Assembly: GCA_030295235.1 (NCBI GenBank)
Contig: AP026140.1
Span: 806,001 to 870,000 of the forward strand
Source of the DNA: Fistulifera solaris
Lineage: Eukaryota
DNA: 64,000 bases
Reading direction: 5' to 3'
The position numbers were made by a program, and so were the translations under genes. The notes beneath the pieces are model-generated. The model saw nothing but the letters and a program-made list of their open reading frames with translations, was not told the DNA's origin and searched no databases. Positions 1 to 10,623 of the stretch are shown here, piece by piece (the stretch's first letter is position 1; every line of letters begins with the position of its first letter).

Positions 1-682
1 AATCCTTTTCATTCACCATAGCTTTCAATTCGGCTTCCAACTGCATCATATTTTCCACCTGCAAGGTTTCCTTGGTTTGTTGAATTTCTCGTTCCATTTC
101 CTGATTCATGACCGATCGTATCATGGCTTCGGCATTCTCGGGCACCGAATCCGGATCGTCTCGTCGTTGCTCTTCCAACAAATCCAATGTATCTTGCATC
201 ATTTCGTTATAACGACCAACAATCTTTTGTCGTTCTTGTTGAAACCAGGTCTCATCGTTTCCTTTGCCTTTTCTTGTTTTCTCTTCTTCTACTTCCTCAC
301 TCGGCTCCCCTAATATATCCGACAAACTCGGCATACCGGCAAACAAACTTTCGAATTTACTTTTTACGCGTGCCGGTGGTTCCACCGTACTCCCATCGTC
401 GACATTGATGGATTGTACCATGGGTGATGAATTTGTAGAAGAAATCCATTCGCGCAAACGATCCCTTTTCCGTTTGCGATCTTCGCGACTCGTTCGAAGA
501 ATATCGAGCAAATTTGGTGGTTCATCATCGCTTTTGCTGGCGTAGTGTCGTGTCGAACGGGGAGAGATGTGAGAGCGCAGTGAAGGGACGCTGAATCCCT
601 GCGCCGAATAATAATAACACGATAGGAAAGCGAGTAGGTACGCGACGACGACGCGCGGGTTGTTGGCGGGGAAAAAGTACAT
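1..682 (-). CDS. Partial gene (runs off left edge); unknown coiled-coil/acidic protein with plastid-type bipartite leader
   Basis: Not in the ORF track. ATG at 682 opens a stop-free frame to the window edge: MYFFPANNPRVVVAYLLAFLSCYYYSAQG-FSVPSLRSHISPRSTRHYASKSDD... Hydrophobic signal peptide, F at +1, Ser/Arg-rich transit-like segment. Confidence 0.75.
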   Translation of the reverse strand, partial: MYFFPANNPRVVVAYLLAFLSCYYYSAQGFSVPSLRSHISPRSTRHYASKSDDEPPNLLDILRTSREDRKRKRDRLREWISSTNSSPMVQSINVDDGSTVEPPARVKSKFESLFAGMPSLSDILGEPSEEVEEEKTRKGKGNDETWFQQERQKIVGRYNEMMQDTLDLLEEQRRDDPDSVPENAEAMIRSVMNQEMEREIQQTKETLQVENMMQLEAELKAMVNEKD

Positions 683-1292
683 CGTGTTTCAGCCAATTCT
701 CTGTCTTGACGCGATTCTTGATGTATTTAACTCGAAAGAATTTGTAATTTATTTTCAAATAAAGCATTGAATAGAATAATGTTCTCTTGCGTTTCGATTT
801 GCTGCTCTTTTTCGCGGCGATGATGACACGCAACGCCGCGTCTTCGCGAAGCGTTCGAAAATTGTCGTATGTAGAAGCAGGTACTTGTGAACAGGAATCA
901 AATCGAGACCCGAAATGGAAAATCGCTAACCTTAACGAAGCATTAGAATAATACGGAGTAAAATGCGCGACACACAAAAAAAAAAAAACAGAGAAATGAT
1001 ATAGGCACGCCGTAAACCTTATCATAATCAAATAAGATAAACATTACAAAATGAATTCTATGCCCAGGGTCTACGCCCCCATTTCGTCTCGGAATGATAG
1101 AATCATATCATTACTTTCTGCTGTTTTGATGCGAAAACTGAGCACGACGCGAGACATTTCTTCTTGGGAAATTGGTACTACCACCGTAGCTATTGTTTTA
1201 TTTTCCAGCAGTATCACGTTTCGGCAGTACCTGACTCAATTCACACGCCATACGTGTCTCCATTTGTTTGTGATCGATGTCACAACGACGAA

Positions 1293-1632
1293 AATGGCAG
1301 TCCGAGAACAACTGGAATCTCTTCAGAAATTGCTCGATCCGAGTATTCCCCTCTTTCTCGTTGCGGACGGTGATGTTCCTGACTCAACAAGTTTCTTGTT
1401 CAATTCGCGTGTTGCGACACATACCATTCACTTGTTCCCGTCTCGAATTCCGGCATCCGCAGAATCTCAATTGGTTTTGTTGACGGACGAGCATCACATC
1501 CAAGCCTTGTTTCCCGAGACAATTTTTGCGGTTGTTCCCGCCGAAGCCAAGACGAATGATGTGTGGAAGTGTCGCTTGATATTGAAATATATTCAGGCTA
1601 TTTTGCATGTGCAGCAGCGCTCTCGACTGTGA
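1293..1632 (+). CDS. Hypothetical small protein
   Basis: 3' part of ORF 1051..1632, likely starting at MAVREQLESLQKLL. Protein-like composition, no recognised motif. Confidence 0.4.
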
Positions 1633-2047
1633 TGTAAGTGATTGTAATTCGTCTTTACAGATAATATAACGACCTCAACACCACTACTTGATCCAAATAG
1701 AATTATTCATCCCCCTGTATCGCAAACATTACAGGTTCAAAACGCCAATTATTAACGATTCCTCGACAGTCGAAAGTGAATGCTTTTCGAAGACGACTTA
1801 GAAAGTTCAGGCTGACCGGTTCGACATAGCTTCGAAGCGATGACCTTCAATTTTCAACCCTATAAGCTGCTTATTCTTATCCTGCGATAGAACCTGAACC
1901 CTATAATATAACAACCAATTTGTCGATCTCCTTTTTCAAATGGACGCAAGAACATGACCAGGTATAATAAAAGCTGCACCGCATGCGCTTTTCCTTTCTT
2001 CCATAATACTACTTCTCTTCATCATTTTTCCAGCATTGAAGGACTCT

Positions 2048-3676
2048 ATGGCAATCACTACAGCTGCACAACAGTCGAATGCGGCACAACCTTGTCACAT
2101 CTGTCGCACCCTTTGTCAGCAACGATGTCAGCGTTGTCGTAGCACGTATTATTGTTCGATCGAATGTCAGAAAAAAGACTGGAAGAAGCATCGCAAAGTA
2201 TGTAAGCAAGAGCAAGCGGTGGAGGCTTGGAAGGAACTCTGTCAAATTGTAGCGTCCTCGACGGCCGCCGAAGCGAACCGAGGGTTTCATCAAGCTCGTG
2301 ACGAACTCATCCAGCAACAACAAATCGAAAAAGATGAACCCAGACAAAAGACACAAAGGCAAGAGCGATCACACTCTCAAACTCCTGCTTCTCCCGATGA
2401 AACCAAGTCCGCTGAAAGCAGCTTACCACGATATCAAGGGAAACTTTCGTATTCGATTGAAAAAATGCCCAATTTATTCATGTATCAAGTCATCGTTTCC
2501 ATTCCGATCACACATCCGTTTACTGCCGATTCTTGTCGAACCGAGATCGTGGGAGGAAGTATCCTTACTGTACAGCTTTCATCGTCGGAGCCGATTGTGC
2601 AAATTTCGTTCCCTCATCCGAAGCTGTCCATGGTAGGACAGGCTCGTGCCGTGGATCTCGTGGATGACAATCACCGCGCATTGTATATTCGACTCGTCGA
2701 TACGGATCAGAGTATGGATTCGACAGCACGGGACCGACTTTTCGTACCAGCAAACGATGCATCGAAGGTATCCTGCCGTTCGTGTCGGCAACGACTCTTT
2801 CCTGAAAACACGATTCACAACGTCCTGTGGATGCCATCGAGTCGATGGGAAGACATGGCCGATTACTTAACTTGTTTGGATCCGACCAACACCGCGGTGG
2901 AGACATTGTCGTCACCGATGGGCGTCGGAAAACGACACCACATCTTACAAGATACCACAACGTTGGTTGTGCATGTGGAGGATGTGCTGGATACGTCCGT
3001 ATGTGTCTTGGCGGTTCCCGGATACGGGCAAGAAGATACTATGGAAGAAAGCAATACACAGAATACTTGGATGCAAACGCGGATTGGCGCCACATTGACT
3101 TGTAGTCAATGTTCCGATGTCATAGGAGAAGCCTCCAATGTGGATACATTTCGTTTCTTCCATCACAAATTGTGTTGCAATGAACAGCCCGTATCGACGT
3201 TGAGTACCTTTCTCGCCACGGAAATGGTCCGGCACGCCGAAACACAGGCAGTGTACTCCTTTGGCATTGTGCACCCAACGCATCGCCTGTTGCTGTTGCA
3301 ACTGGTCAGTTGGGAATCCGAAGTGGCGTACAGTCACGAGAGTCTCGTCGATTCCCAAGAATTACATGAATTGCAATGGCGCAAGGTGGCCAAGATAATG
3401 TTTTATGAGACGATCGAAGCGGAGTTAGCCGTGACCAGTCCTCGTTTGCTGTGGCAAACCGATTGGTGCTGTGATCCTGTCACGAACAGCATGCCAAATA
3501 ATAATACGAACATCATCAAATTATATTTGAATGCAACGGAGTGGACGAAATTAAAAGACGAATTGACCGAATTATCGCTGAAACAAGTGCGCGAAATTGC
3601 CGATGCTACCGTTGTTGCCAAAACAGGAACCGCACCATCGAAGGACGTGCGTCTGGCTACCGTATTACGCAATTAA
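2048..3676 (+). CDS. MYND zinc finger + HECT_2 (UBE3D/Ipa1-like) protein
   Basis: CHIC...CQRC..TYYCSIECQKKDWKKHRKVC is a MYND finger. VSCRSCRQRL...MPSSRWEDMADYLTC and LTCSQCSDVIG match the UBE3D/Ipa1 pattern (CxxC...LPSxxWxEmxDxWxC...CxxC). Confidence 0.75.
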   Translation: MAITTAAQQSNAAQPCHICRTLCQQRCQRCRSTYYCSIECQKKDWKKHRKVCKQEQAVEAWKELCQIVASSTAAEANRGFHQARDELIQQQQIEKDEPRQKTQRQERSHSQTPASPDETKSAESSLPRYQGKLSYSIEKMPNLFMYQVIVSIPITHPFTADSCRTEIVGGSILTVQLSSSEPIVQISFPHPKLSMVGQARAVDLVDDNHRALYIRLVDTDQSMDSTARDRLFVPANDASKVSCRSCRQRLFPENTIHNVLWMPSSRWEDMADYLTCLDPTNTAVETLSSPMGVGKRHHILQDTTTLVVHVEDVLDTSVCVLAVPGYGQEDTMEESNTQNTWMQTRIGATLTCSQCSDVIGEASNVDTFRFFHHKLCCNEQPVSTLSTFLATEMVRHAETQAVYSFGIVHPTHRLLLLQLVSWESEVAYSHESLVDSQELHELQWRKVAKIMFYETIEAELAVTSPRLLWQTDWCCDPVTNSMPNNNTNIIKLYLNATEWTKLKDELTELSLKQVREIADATVVAKTGTAPSKDVRLATVLRN

Positions 3677-3697
3677 ACATATCCTTCTATAATTTTG

Positions 3698-4257
3698 TTA
3701 CTTTTGTTCTTGCAGCAATTCTTTCAACTCACCCGACTCGTGCATACCCAAGACAATATCACATCCTCCAATAAACTCCCCATTGACTGGATACAACAAA
3801 AGTGAGTTCATCATCGTTATGAAGATGTAATAACAACTACAGTAGGGGACGTACCGTACAATTGAGGTATCGTCGGCCAATCACTGTAAATCTTGATGCC
3901 TTCTCGAATGGAGGGATAATCCAAAACATTGACCGAGGAAAAATCCACACCTTCCGCTTTGAGTGCGGCGACCACTTGCGCACTGAACCCACACATGGGA
4001 GTGGACGGTGTGCCTTTCATATACAACATGACCGGATTTTCTTTCACATGTTGTGCAATCATTTGTTGCACATCATCATCGGCTTTGATGTGTTTGCGTT
4101 GGGGGGCAAAATCGTTGTGGGAGTCGCTTTGCCAGATACGGGGAGTCGTATGATACGATTTTGCCGCCGGGACAGCCATGACTCGCACAGTACTCGAACG
4201 AAAGAGTCCTTGTTCGAGACGATAGATGAGACTACGAGGAATTGATTTCGTGAACAT
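3698..4257 (-). CDS. GRX5: Monothiol CGFS glutaredoxin (GRX5-type), mitochondrial; 1 intron
   Basis: [13 protein letters not shown] motif. WPTIPQLY joins [11 protein letters not shown] across GT-AG intron 3787-3854. Arg/Ser-rich N-terminal presequence. Confidence 0.93.
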
Positions 4258-4692
4258 TGTTGATGATTTGAGTTCGTAAGATGTTAAAAGGTATAACAAC
4301 AACAACGAGGACCGCAACAATAAATACGGAGATAAAAATGCGCGAATTTTGCCGTGATGTGTAAGATCGTCGGAGAGCAGGACCGGCGAACGGACGAACT
4401 TCAACAGAAGACGTCACACTGACGTCTTGTGAAATCGTAGCGGTAATCGATATATACCACGACATAATACTTCCGACGAACGACAGAAAAACTTTGTCGA
4501 CTTTTTTGCTTTCACCGCTGCGACGTATGGCCTGCAAGGTTACTATCGATCCAAATGTACGTGGATACCCGAATTCCGGCACGTGACCACGTGGGCTTCC
4601 CAAACATCAAACAAAGCGCAGCTTCAAGAAAAACACGGCGCAGATTGAAAAATGCTCTTCTCGTTTTTGCGTCGTTGCCGCAAAAGTCGACC

Positions 4693-5487
4693 ATGATTAT
4701 CTTTCGCCGCGGCGTCCTGCATTGCCGAGCTAAATATTTCAAGACGACGGCATCATGTCATCCTCGAAGAACGCTGGAAGAGATGCTTTTGGGCTTTCGT
4801 ACACAAACGACTGTGACGACTTCTTCCTCCTCCTCGAGGACACTTTTCGTATCCTCGTCGTCCCCATTGCAGCGCGTCTGGAAGGTTTACTCCGAATCCC
4901 TACATGAACATCCTCTTTTTACGAAAGCTATCATGGCAGCAGCTATTTTCTTTGTTTCGGATACAGCATCCCAATATATTACAAGAAAAGACAAGAATTC
5001 GTTTGATTGGAGTCTCTCCCGAGCGCTTTCCGGTTCCACGTTCGGTATCATAGCGACCGTCGGTTTGCACTACTGGTGGGGACTCCTGGAAGCGGTCGTT
5101 AAGAAACGACTGCCTCTGTCGACCCACCGACTCGCCAACACGGCCACCAAAGTATTGTTGGACCAATCGATCAAGGCGCCCCTTTATATTTACACCTATT
5201 TTGTATTGACCAAATTTTTGAACGAACAAATGGATGGAACGTCCGATTGGCAGAAATCGTGGCGAGAAGCGAATGCCAATGCCGCGGAAATGTTGCCTTC
5301 TACCATGTTGCAGCACTGGAAGGTGTGGATTCCGGTTCATTCGTTTAATTTTTACTTTGTCCCCTTGCACCATCGGGTGTTGGTGCAGAACAGTATTTTG
5401 GTGTTTTGGAGTGGGTACCTCAGTTATCTTAACCATCAAAAGATCAGCATGTCGTTGCAACAGACGAGCAGCTTGACGGCAAGGTAA
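4693..5487 (+). CDS. Mpv17/PMP22 family membrane protein
   Basis: HPLFTKAI..SDTASQ, KVLLDQ, WKVWIPVHSFNFYFVPLHHRVLVQN...WSGYLS. Basic N-terminal presequence. Confidence 0.9.
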   Translation: MIIFRRGVLHCRAKYFKTTASCHPRRTLEEMLLGFRTQTTVTTSSSSSRTLFVSSSSPLQRVWKVYSESLHEHPLFTKAIMAAAIFFVSDTASQYITRKDKNSFDWSLSRALSGSTFGIIATVGLHYWWGLLEAVVKKRLPLSTHRLANTATKVLLDQSIKAPLYIYTYFVLTKFLNEQMDGTSDWQKSWREANANAAEMLPSTMLQHWKVWIPVHSFNFYFVPLHHRVLVQNSILVFWSGYLSYLNHQKISMSLQQTSSLTAR

Positions 5488-5788
5488 CACGTCGCGCCAC
5501 GCCACTTCACGAGAAATGCGAGTTATGAGCACCAATGGAGGGAATACGAGGCCGCCGTTTTTATTCAGAATTTTGCTACGCGGCGCCTCTTGAATCGTAC
5601 GTAGTATCAAATAGTATAACCTAGTATTGTATTTCTTATTGAATATCCATGTGAGAAAATTACGAGCAGAGGTAAGAGTGAGAGCTGTGTACTAGTGTCA
5701 CTGAAAAGGCTGGTGACAGCGACTACCTAGTATTTCTTTAAAATATTCATAGCCACATGATTCAACTTATGTTTTTCAATCAAATAAA

Positions 5789-7278
5789 CTATTTCGTAAC
5801 AATAATTTGTCGAGGCCCCGTCATGACATCGGTAGCCTGATGAACAGCGTAATCCCCGTAAAAGGGAAAGTCACCCGCACGATAAACTTGAACAAAATAG
5901 TTAAGCTTCGTTTTGCCCATGTCATCAATATCCATCGCCTCCAGTGCCGTCTTGACGTCGGCGGGGGTGGCTTGCACCGGCTGGTCGGACACACCCGCCA
6001 ACTTGCCGCCCAAAACCGTCACTGGAGCACCCGCCGCTGTGGCTTGGGCTATCACACTACGGGCGGCACCCAACGAAGCCTTTTGATGAGCAGTCAAAAG
6101 TGCAAGGCCTCGGCTTTTTCGCGGATGGTCTTGGCGGCGGCCACAGCTTCCGCGGCCTTTTGCAAATCCGGAGTGACCGCGACAATCGCTCCGAGGATGG
6201 GACCTCCTGCCGTGGGAGCCGTGCCTTCGGGGAAGAATTGCTTCAACACAGAGAATGCGTAGGGAAAGTCAGCGCCAGCGCCTGGGTACGTCGCGTGGTT
6301 GAGTTTTCCTGGCTCCATAAGTTGCTGCTGAACAATATGGGGAGCCGAAAATGGGGTGTCATCTCCGCTAATCACACCTGTTGTCTGCTCCCAGAACTTT
6401 CGGCGGAAAATTTCGTATTGCTCGACCGTAAACAAGGCATCCAACTTGGCCTTGTCGACCGGGGGGAGCGCCAGGGGGAATTGCTCCAAGTAAGCAGCCA
6501 TGTTCTCTTCCCAAAATTGGTGATCCTTCTCCATGTATTTAAAATCCAAGTGCTTCTCCGAGACAGCAGCCGGTCTTGTATCGGGATACGCCTCACATTG
6601 ATCCGCAAAGTTTTTCTTGAAATCGGACAAGTATGTATCAGCGGAAGGCGCCTTTTCCGTTCCATCTTTACCGGTAGAGATGCCCTCTACTAGTTCCGCA
6701 AACAGTTTCTTTGATAGCGCGTACTCTTCTGGAACCGCGGTTCCAGGTTCCGCAATCATTCCTTTCAGGCACTCCATAAAATCATCATTTCCGGACTGTT
6801 CCGAACTAACAACCGCCACAACCGCATGTCCATCGGCGGAAGCAACCTGTGCTGCGGCAAGAGCCGACGCTTCTCCGGCTCCATAAATCAGAATCGTTCC
6901 TTTCTTTGCTTTTGATTTTTCGACAATGGTGCGAATAGCGGCGCAGCCTTTCCGCGGCAGGACGGAGCAACGCCAAATATTCCAAAGGAATGCCTTCCGC
7001 CGCTCCGAGATCTCCATAAATACCGTGCACCACCGTTCCATTCGGACTCAGGGCCGCCGAATCGAGCGCCGAAACTTGCTTTTGGCCACATCAATACAAT
7101 GTGCCGATGTCACCGGTCCTCGTTCCGGATCACGAGCGGCGGGTTCGGCCGTGGTATTGTAAATCGGTAGCGCTTCGTAGACTTCTGGCGCCAAGAGACT
7201 GATGTCCTTTGTTTTACGGCGGGTGGCAAAACTGCGCGCCGTGATCGCACGCCGGGGAGCCAAACGACTAAGCATCAT
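5789..7278 (-). CDS. Unknown mitochondrial-targeted protein with Rossmann/MDR-like segment; 3 apparent frameshifts
   Basis: MMLSRLAPRRAITARSFA presequence. Frame switches near 7070, 6950 and 6097 join ORFs 7048..7278, 6806..7033, 6094..7041 and 5789..6097. GTILIYGAGEASALAAAQVA..GHAVVAV resembles a dinucleotide-binding fold. Confidence 0.65.
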
Positions 7279-7558
7279 AACTGCGTTGTCTGCAATGAAT
7301 CAAATTGAATTTCGCTTTTCTTTCAGGAATGTACCTTTATTAACAACAACTTTTATTTGCTTTTGTAGTTTGTCGCGATGATCGCTATCGTGACGCTGCG
7401 TGCTCCAACGACGTACGGACACAGCCTTACGTGAGATGATGACGTGTGACCCAGGAGTCATTAATCATGAATAAAACACAAATTTCTAGACGACCTCTTG
7501 AGTTATGAATATGAACCGTTCTTCTAGATCATCATTATCTAAGAAATTATACTATGCA

Positions 7559-9319
7559 CTACTTCTTTCTAACAAAAAAGTATTCAATGCCCTTTGTTTT
7601 GTTCCTCTTTTTCCCCAGAGTCTGCAAGCGTTCAGAAGCTTGTAACAGGCGATTTTCGCGGTCAAAATCGGCCTGCAACTTTTCTGCCAAAATACGGTCA
7701 GCGTCTTCGTCTTCCTGTTTGGGTGTTATTGTATCACCGCTGATGATGCAACCCAAATTCAAATCCGCCTGTTTCCGCTTCTTCGAAAGATTCTCCCTAT
7801 CTTGACCACCCCTCTGAACGAAAGCATCCATGCACGAAGCAATAGTTATGAAATCGGACGCCGCAATTCCCAAGCGATCAATATTCGAATTGCTTTCCTT
7901 ACAATGCTGTAACAATTTGGATTGTATGTCGTGCACTAAGTGTCGCACTTTGGCATCCGTTTCCAGCCGCTGCGGAGGAAAGGAAGTGCGGAAGCTCTTG
8001 TTTTGATACAACAACTTGCGTTTGTCAAAGCGATCCGCGTTGGCATGAATTTTAACAGTAGGATGATAATGAATGGTACAGACGCGTGGGTATCGATTGT
8101 TGCGATGCGCGTCTTTTTCAATGCGAGTAACAATGTCTCGCGCCAACAATTCAATCCAAGATGTCGTATCGCTAACGGGACAAGCCGTAAAGGATTTGAA
8201 CGTTGTGATTGTTTTCGTGAGTGCGCCAGTGTTCTTTGCCTCGACAGGTTGCGGATCGATCCCTCGTGCCACATCATAGACCCACCGTGCCGTTGGTTCA
8301 TCACCATGAAATCCTTCTACAAGTTGTGGCATTGACAAGTATTTGGCAATGGAAGCAACTGTTGTCGGTACATCTTGTGGCAATAGCGATTGAACAGCAG
8401 CGCCGACTTTGCCTCCCAGATTTCGACATTTTCGTATTTGTGTCTGTTCGAGCAGGTACTCGACGTATTCTGGCAGCAACAAAGCCTGACCGTTGGGTTT
8501 CCCGTAACCGGCCGATAACTTGGCCAATGTCTTGTTCACGCTAATACCACAGCTCATTGTAAAGGAGAGCGTGTTTCGTACGTATTGACGTAACTGATGT
8601 GCTAGCAAGCAGGCTCGTCGAAAGACCACACCATTCCACGGGACACTTTCCTCGCCCTCCGGTCGAATAAGATGTGTTGTTTGCAAAATACTGTTCTCCT
8701 CGAGAAGATCTTGGCGTGCATTCCAGTAGTCTTCGTTTTTGTTCACGGCATCGGTGACATCTAAAAAGAATTCATCAATGGAAGCTCGCTCTAACATGAT
8801 TTTGACGTTGGTGTCATCCATTTGTGCCTTTTCCGTCTCCAAGAACTCATGGACCGTTTCGAATATTTTCGCCGACGCGATGCGGTAACATTCAATACTT
8901 GCTTTTCCTTCGGCAGCGAAGCGGCGGACCCCCAAGTCCCGTTTTCGTGCTTCCTCTTGTTGCTCTTTCGACAATTTGTATAGCGAGTCGTATTCTTCTT
9001 GCAACGTTTCTGTCAGGCTCGTAGTAGTAGTAGCGGTGGTCGTGTCTACGGGCAATAACGGGACGTGTACGGCGTAGCATTCGCCACCCGACTTGTCCCG
9101 AATAGATTCCCATCCATCATTGCGCGCAATAGAAAACAGATTTCTTGCCGGATACGTCACCGCCAAGGCCGAATTGAACTGCAGCAATGCCAACGGTGTC
9201 GTCGTCACATCAAAACCCAACCGCACGCATTCACATTGCGCATAAAAACAATCCAAATCTAGCAACAAAATGACGCGCTGATGGTGTTGTTTGTTGTTGC
9301 TAGGAAAGGCAGAAAGCAT
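7559..9319 (-). CDS. POLH: Y-family translesion DNA polymerase eta
   Basis: LLDLDCFYAQCE, AVTYPAR, ERASIDEFFLDVT, SCGISVNKTLAKL..GYGKPNGQ, LGGKVG. C-terminal PIP-like KGIEYFF and basic NLS. Confidence 0.9.
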   Translation of the reverse strand: MLSAFPSNNKQHHQRVILLLDLDCFYAQCECVRLGFDVTTTPLALLQFNSALAVTYPARNLFSIARNDGWESIRDKSGGECYAVHVPLLPVDTTTATTTTSLTETLQEEYDSLYKLSKEQQEEARKRDLGVRRFAAEGKASIECYRIASAKIFETVHEFLETEKAQMDDTNVKIMLERASIDEFFLDVTDAVNKNEDYWNARQDLLEENSILQTTHLIRPEGEESVPWNGVVFRRACLLAHQLRQYVRNTLSFTMSCGISVNKTLAKLSAGYGKPNGQALLLPEYVEYLLEQTQIRKCRNLGGKVGAAVQSLLPQDVPTTVASIAKYLSMPQLVEGFHGDEPTARWVYDVARGIDPQPVEAKNTGALTKTITTFKSFTACPVSDTTSWIELLARDIVTRIEKDAHRNNRYPRVCTIHYHPTVKIHANADRFDKRKLLYQNKSFRTSFPPQRLETDAKVRHLVHDIQSKLLQHCKESNSNIDRLGIAASDFITIASCMDAFVQRGGQDRENLSKKRKQADLNLGCIISGDTITPKQEDEDADRILAEKLQADFDRENRLLQASERLQTLGKKRNKTKGIEYFFVRKK

Positions 9320-9619
9320 GCTTGTGACAAACGACGACTCGAACAGCAATGCCGTCGTGAAAAGCCTACTTGTGTTCTACTAGCAAGTTTTCCACCCGTT
9401 CCTCTTAAAGCTTACCGCGCTGTAAACTTGTTTTATGATGTTTAGAAGCGCGTGACAGCATCACAAAATAGATGCGTTGACAAACTTTTTGCTGATAAAT
9501 ATTTTATAAAAAAGCGAAAAGAAAAATATGCTGCCAAACGAAAAGTAAATATAAGCTATGTTTTTCATTATTTTCTGCTGAGGAGGAGTCGTCAGTCACG
9601 AGAAAGTCGTGGGTTGAAG

Positions 9620-9637
9620 AAAAACAAAAAACAAAAA
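9620..9637 (-). terminator. RNA polymerase III oligo-T terminator of tRNA-Ala
   Basis: TTTTTGTTTTTTGTTTTT immediately 3' of the tRNA on the minus strand. An AT-rich TATAAAA lies about 20-25 nt upstream of the tRNA. Confidence 0.8.
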
Positions 9638-9639
9638 GA

Positions 9640-9712
9640 TGGAGAATGGGGAAATCGAATCCCCGACCTATTGTATGCGAAACAATCGCTCTACCAACTG
9701 AGCTAATTCCCC
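9640..9712 (-). tRNA. tRNA-Ala (anticodon CGC)
   Basis: GGGGAATTAGCTCAGTTGGTAGAGCGATTGTTTCGCATACAATAGGTCGGGGATTCGATTTCCCCATTCTCCA folds as a 73-nt cloverleaf. G3:U70 alanine identity pair; anticodon stem ATTGT/ACAAT with loop TT-CGC-AT. Confidence 0.95.
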
Positions 9713-9915
9713 ATTTCCTAGATTTGGCAATTTTATAATTAATAAATCTGTTTTTGAATATTTGCACGTTTTTTTTACAAAATTCCATTGTGAACGTGAT
9801 TCTAAGGGTAGCTTAGGATGTAGTTTAGGTTAAGTGTGAGCTATATAGAAAATATTACTCGGTAGTCTCAGAATTCCCCAGGGAAACCAATGTCGCTTCC
9901 ATTGAGGAACCCCCT

Positions 9916-10263
9916 TTACTGGAAACGTAGTTCGATGTTGTTGATCTCCGCCAAAACATCATTGCCACTTTCTTGGGTTGCTTCTGGCATCCCCTCTTCA
10001 TCCGATACATCTTGGCAAAGATACTGAGAGAACGAATTAATGGTTCCTTCTTCAAACAATTGTTTCAACTTTCGGTGCGCCGCATTGATTTCACGGATGC
10101 GACTGGCGTAGCCGACTTCGGAAGGACCGCAGAACGCCTTCAAATCGAACGTTTTGCGTTCGATGGCTGTAAATTCTTCTTCCACATTGGTACACTTGTG
10201 AAAATCGTTGGGTCGAATGTCCAACAATAACATTTGGCTTTTGATTTCCGCTGGGTGGATCAT
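9916..10263 (-). CDS. Hypothetical 115-aa protein, possibly a degenerate J-domain-like
   Basis: ATG-started ORF. EEFTAIERK...RIREINAAHRKL resembles J-domain helices II/III, but there is no HPD motif. Confidence 0.4.
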   Translation of the reverse strand: MIHPAEIKSQMLLLDIRPNDFHKCTNVEEEFTAIERKTFDLKAFCGPSEVGYASRIREINAAHRKLKQLFEEGTINSFSQYLCQDVSDEEGMPEATQESGNDVLAEINNIELRFQ

Positions 10264-10623
10264 GATAGCACTTTCTCCTGATGATCAAATTCGACGCGTA
10301 TGATGGAAAAATGGATTGGTCTGCAAATGTGAATGCCATTGATAACGATCTGAAACAAGAGACAGGTTGCTTTAGGATGTTTTCGAAATGCAACGAAAGG
10401 GAGATTTTGTGAGATGGACTTCGTTCGAAACAAATAAAGCGGCACTCATTGGTGATTCGCGCAATTGAGCTCAAAACCGCTTCGACGTGAACGCATTCGT
10501 GTGTGACTCCGCTTTTCTCCGCAAGAGGCGAGATGCCTTTTATTTTATTGATAAGCGCAAGTATTCTATTTATCCTCTTCAATTCAAAACAAATAACAAC
10601 AACATTTACTTTATTATCGAATC

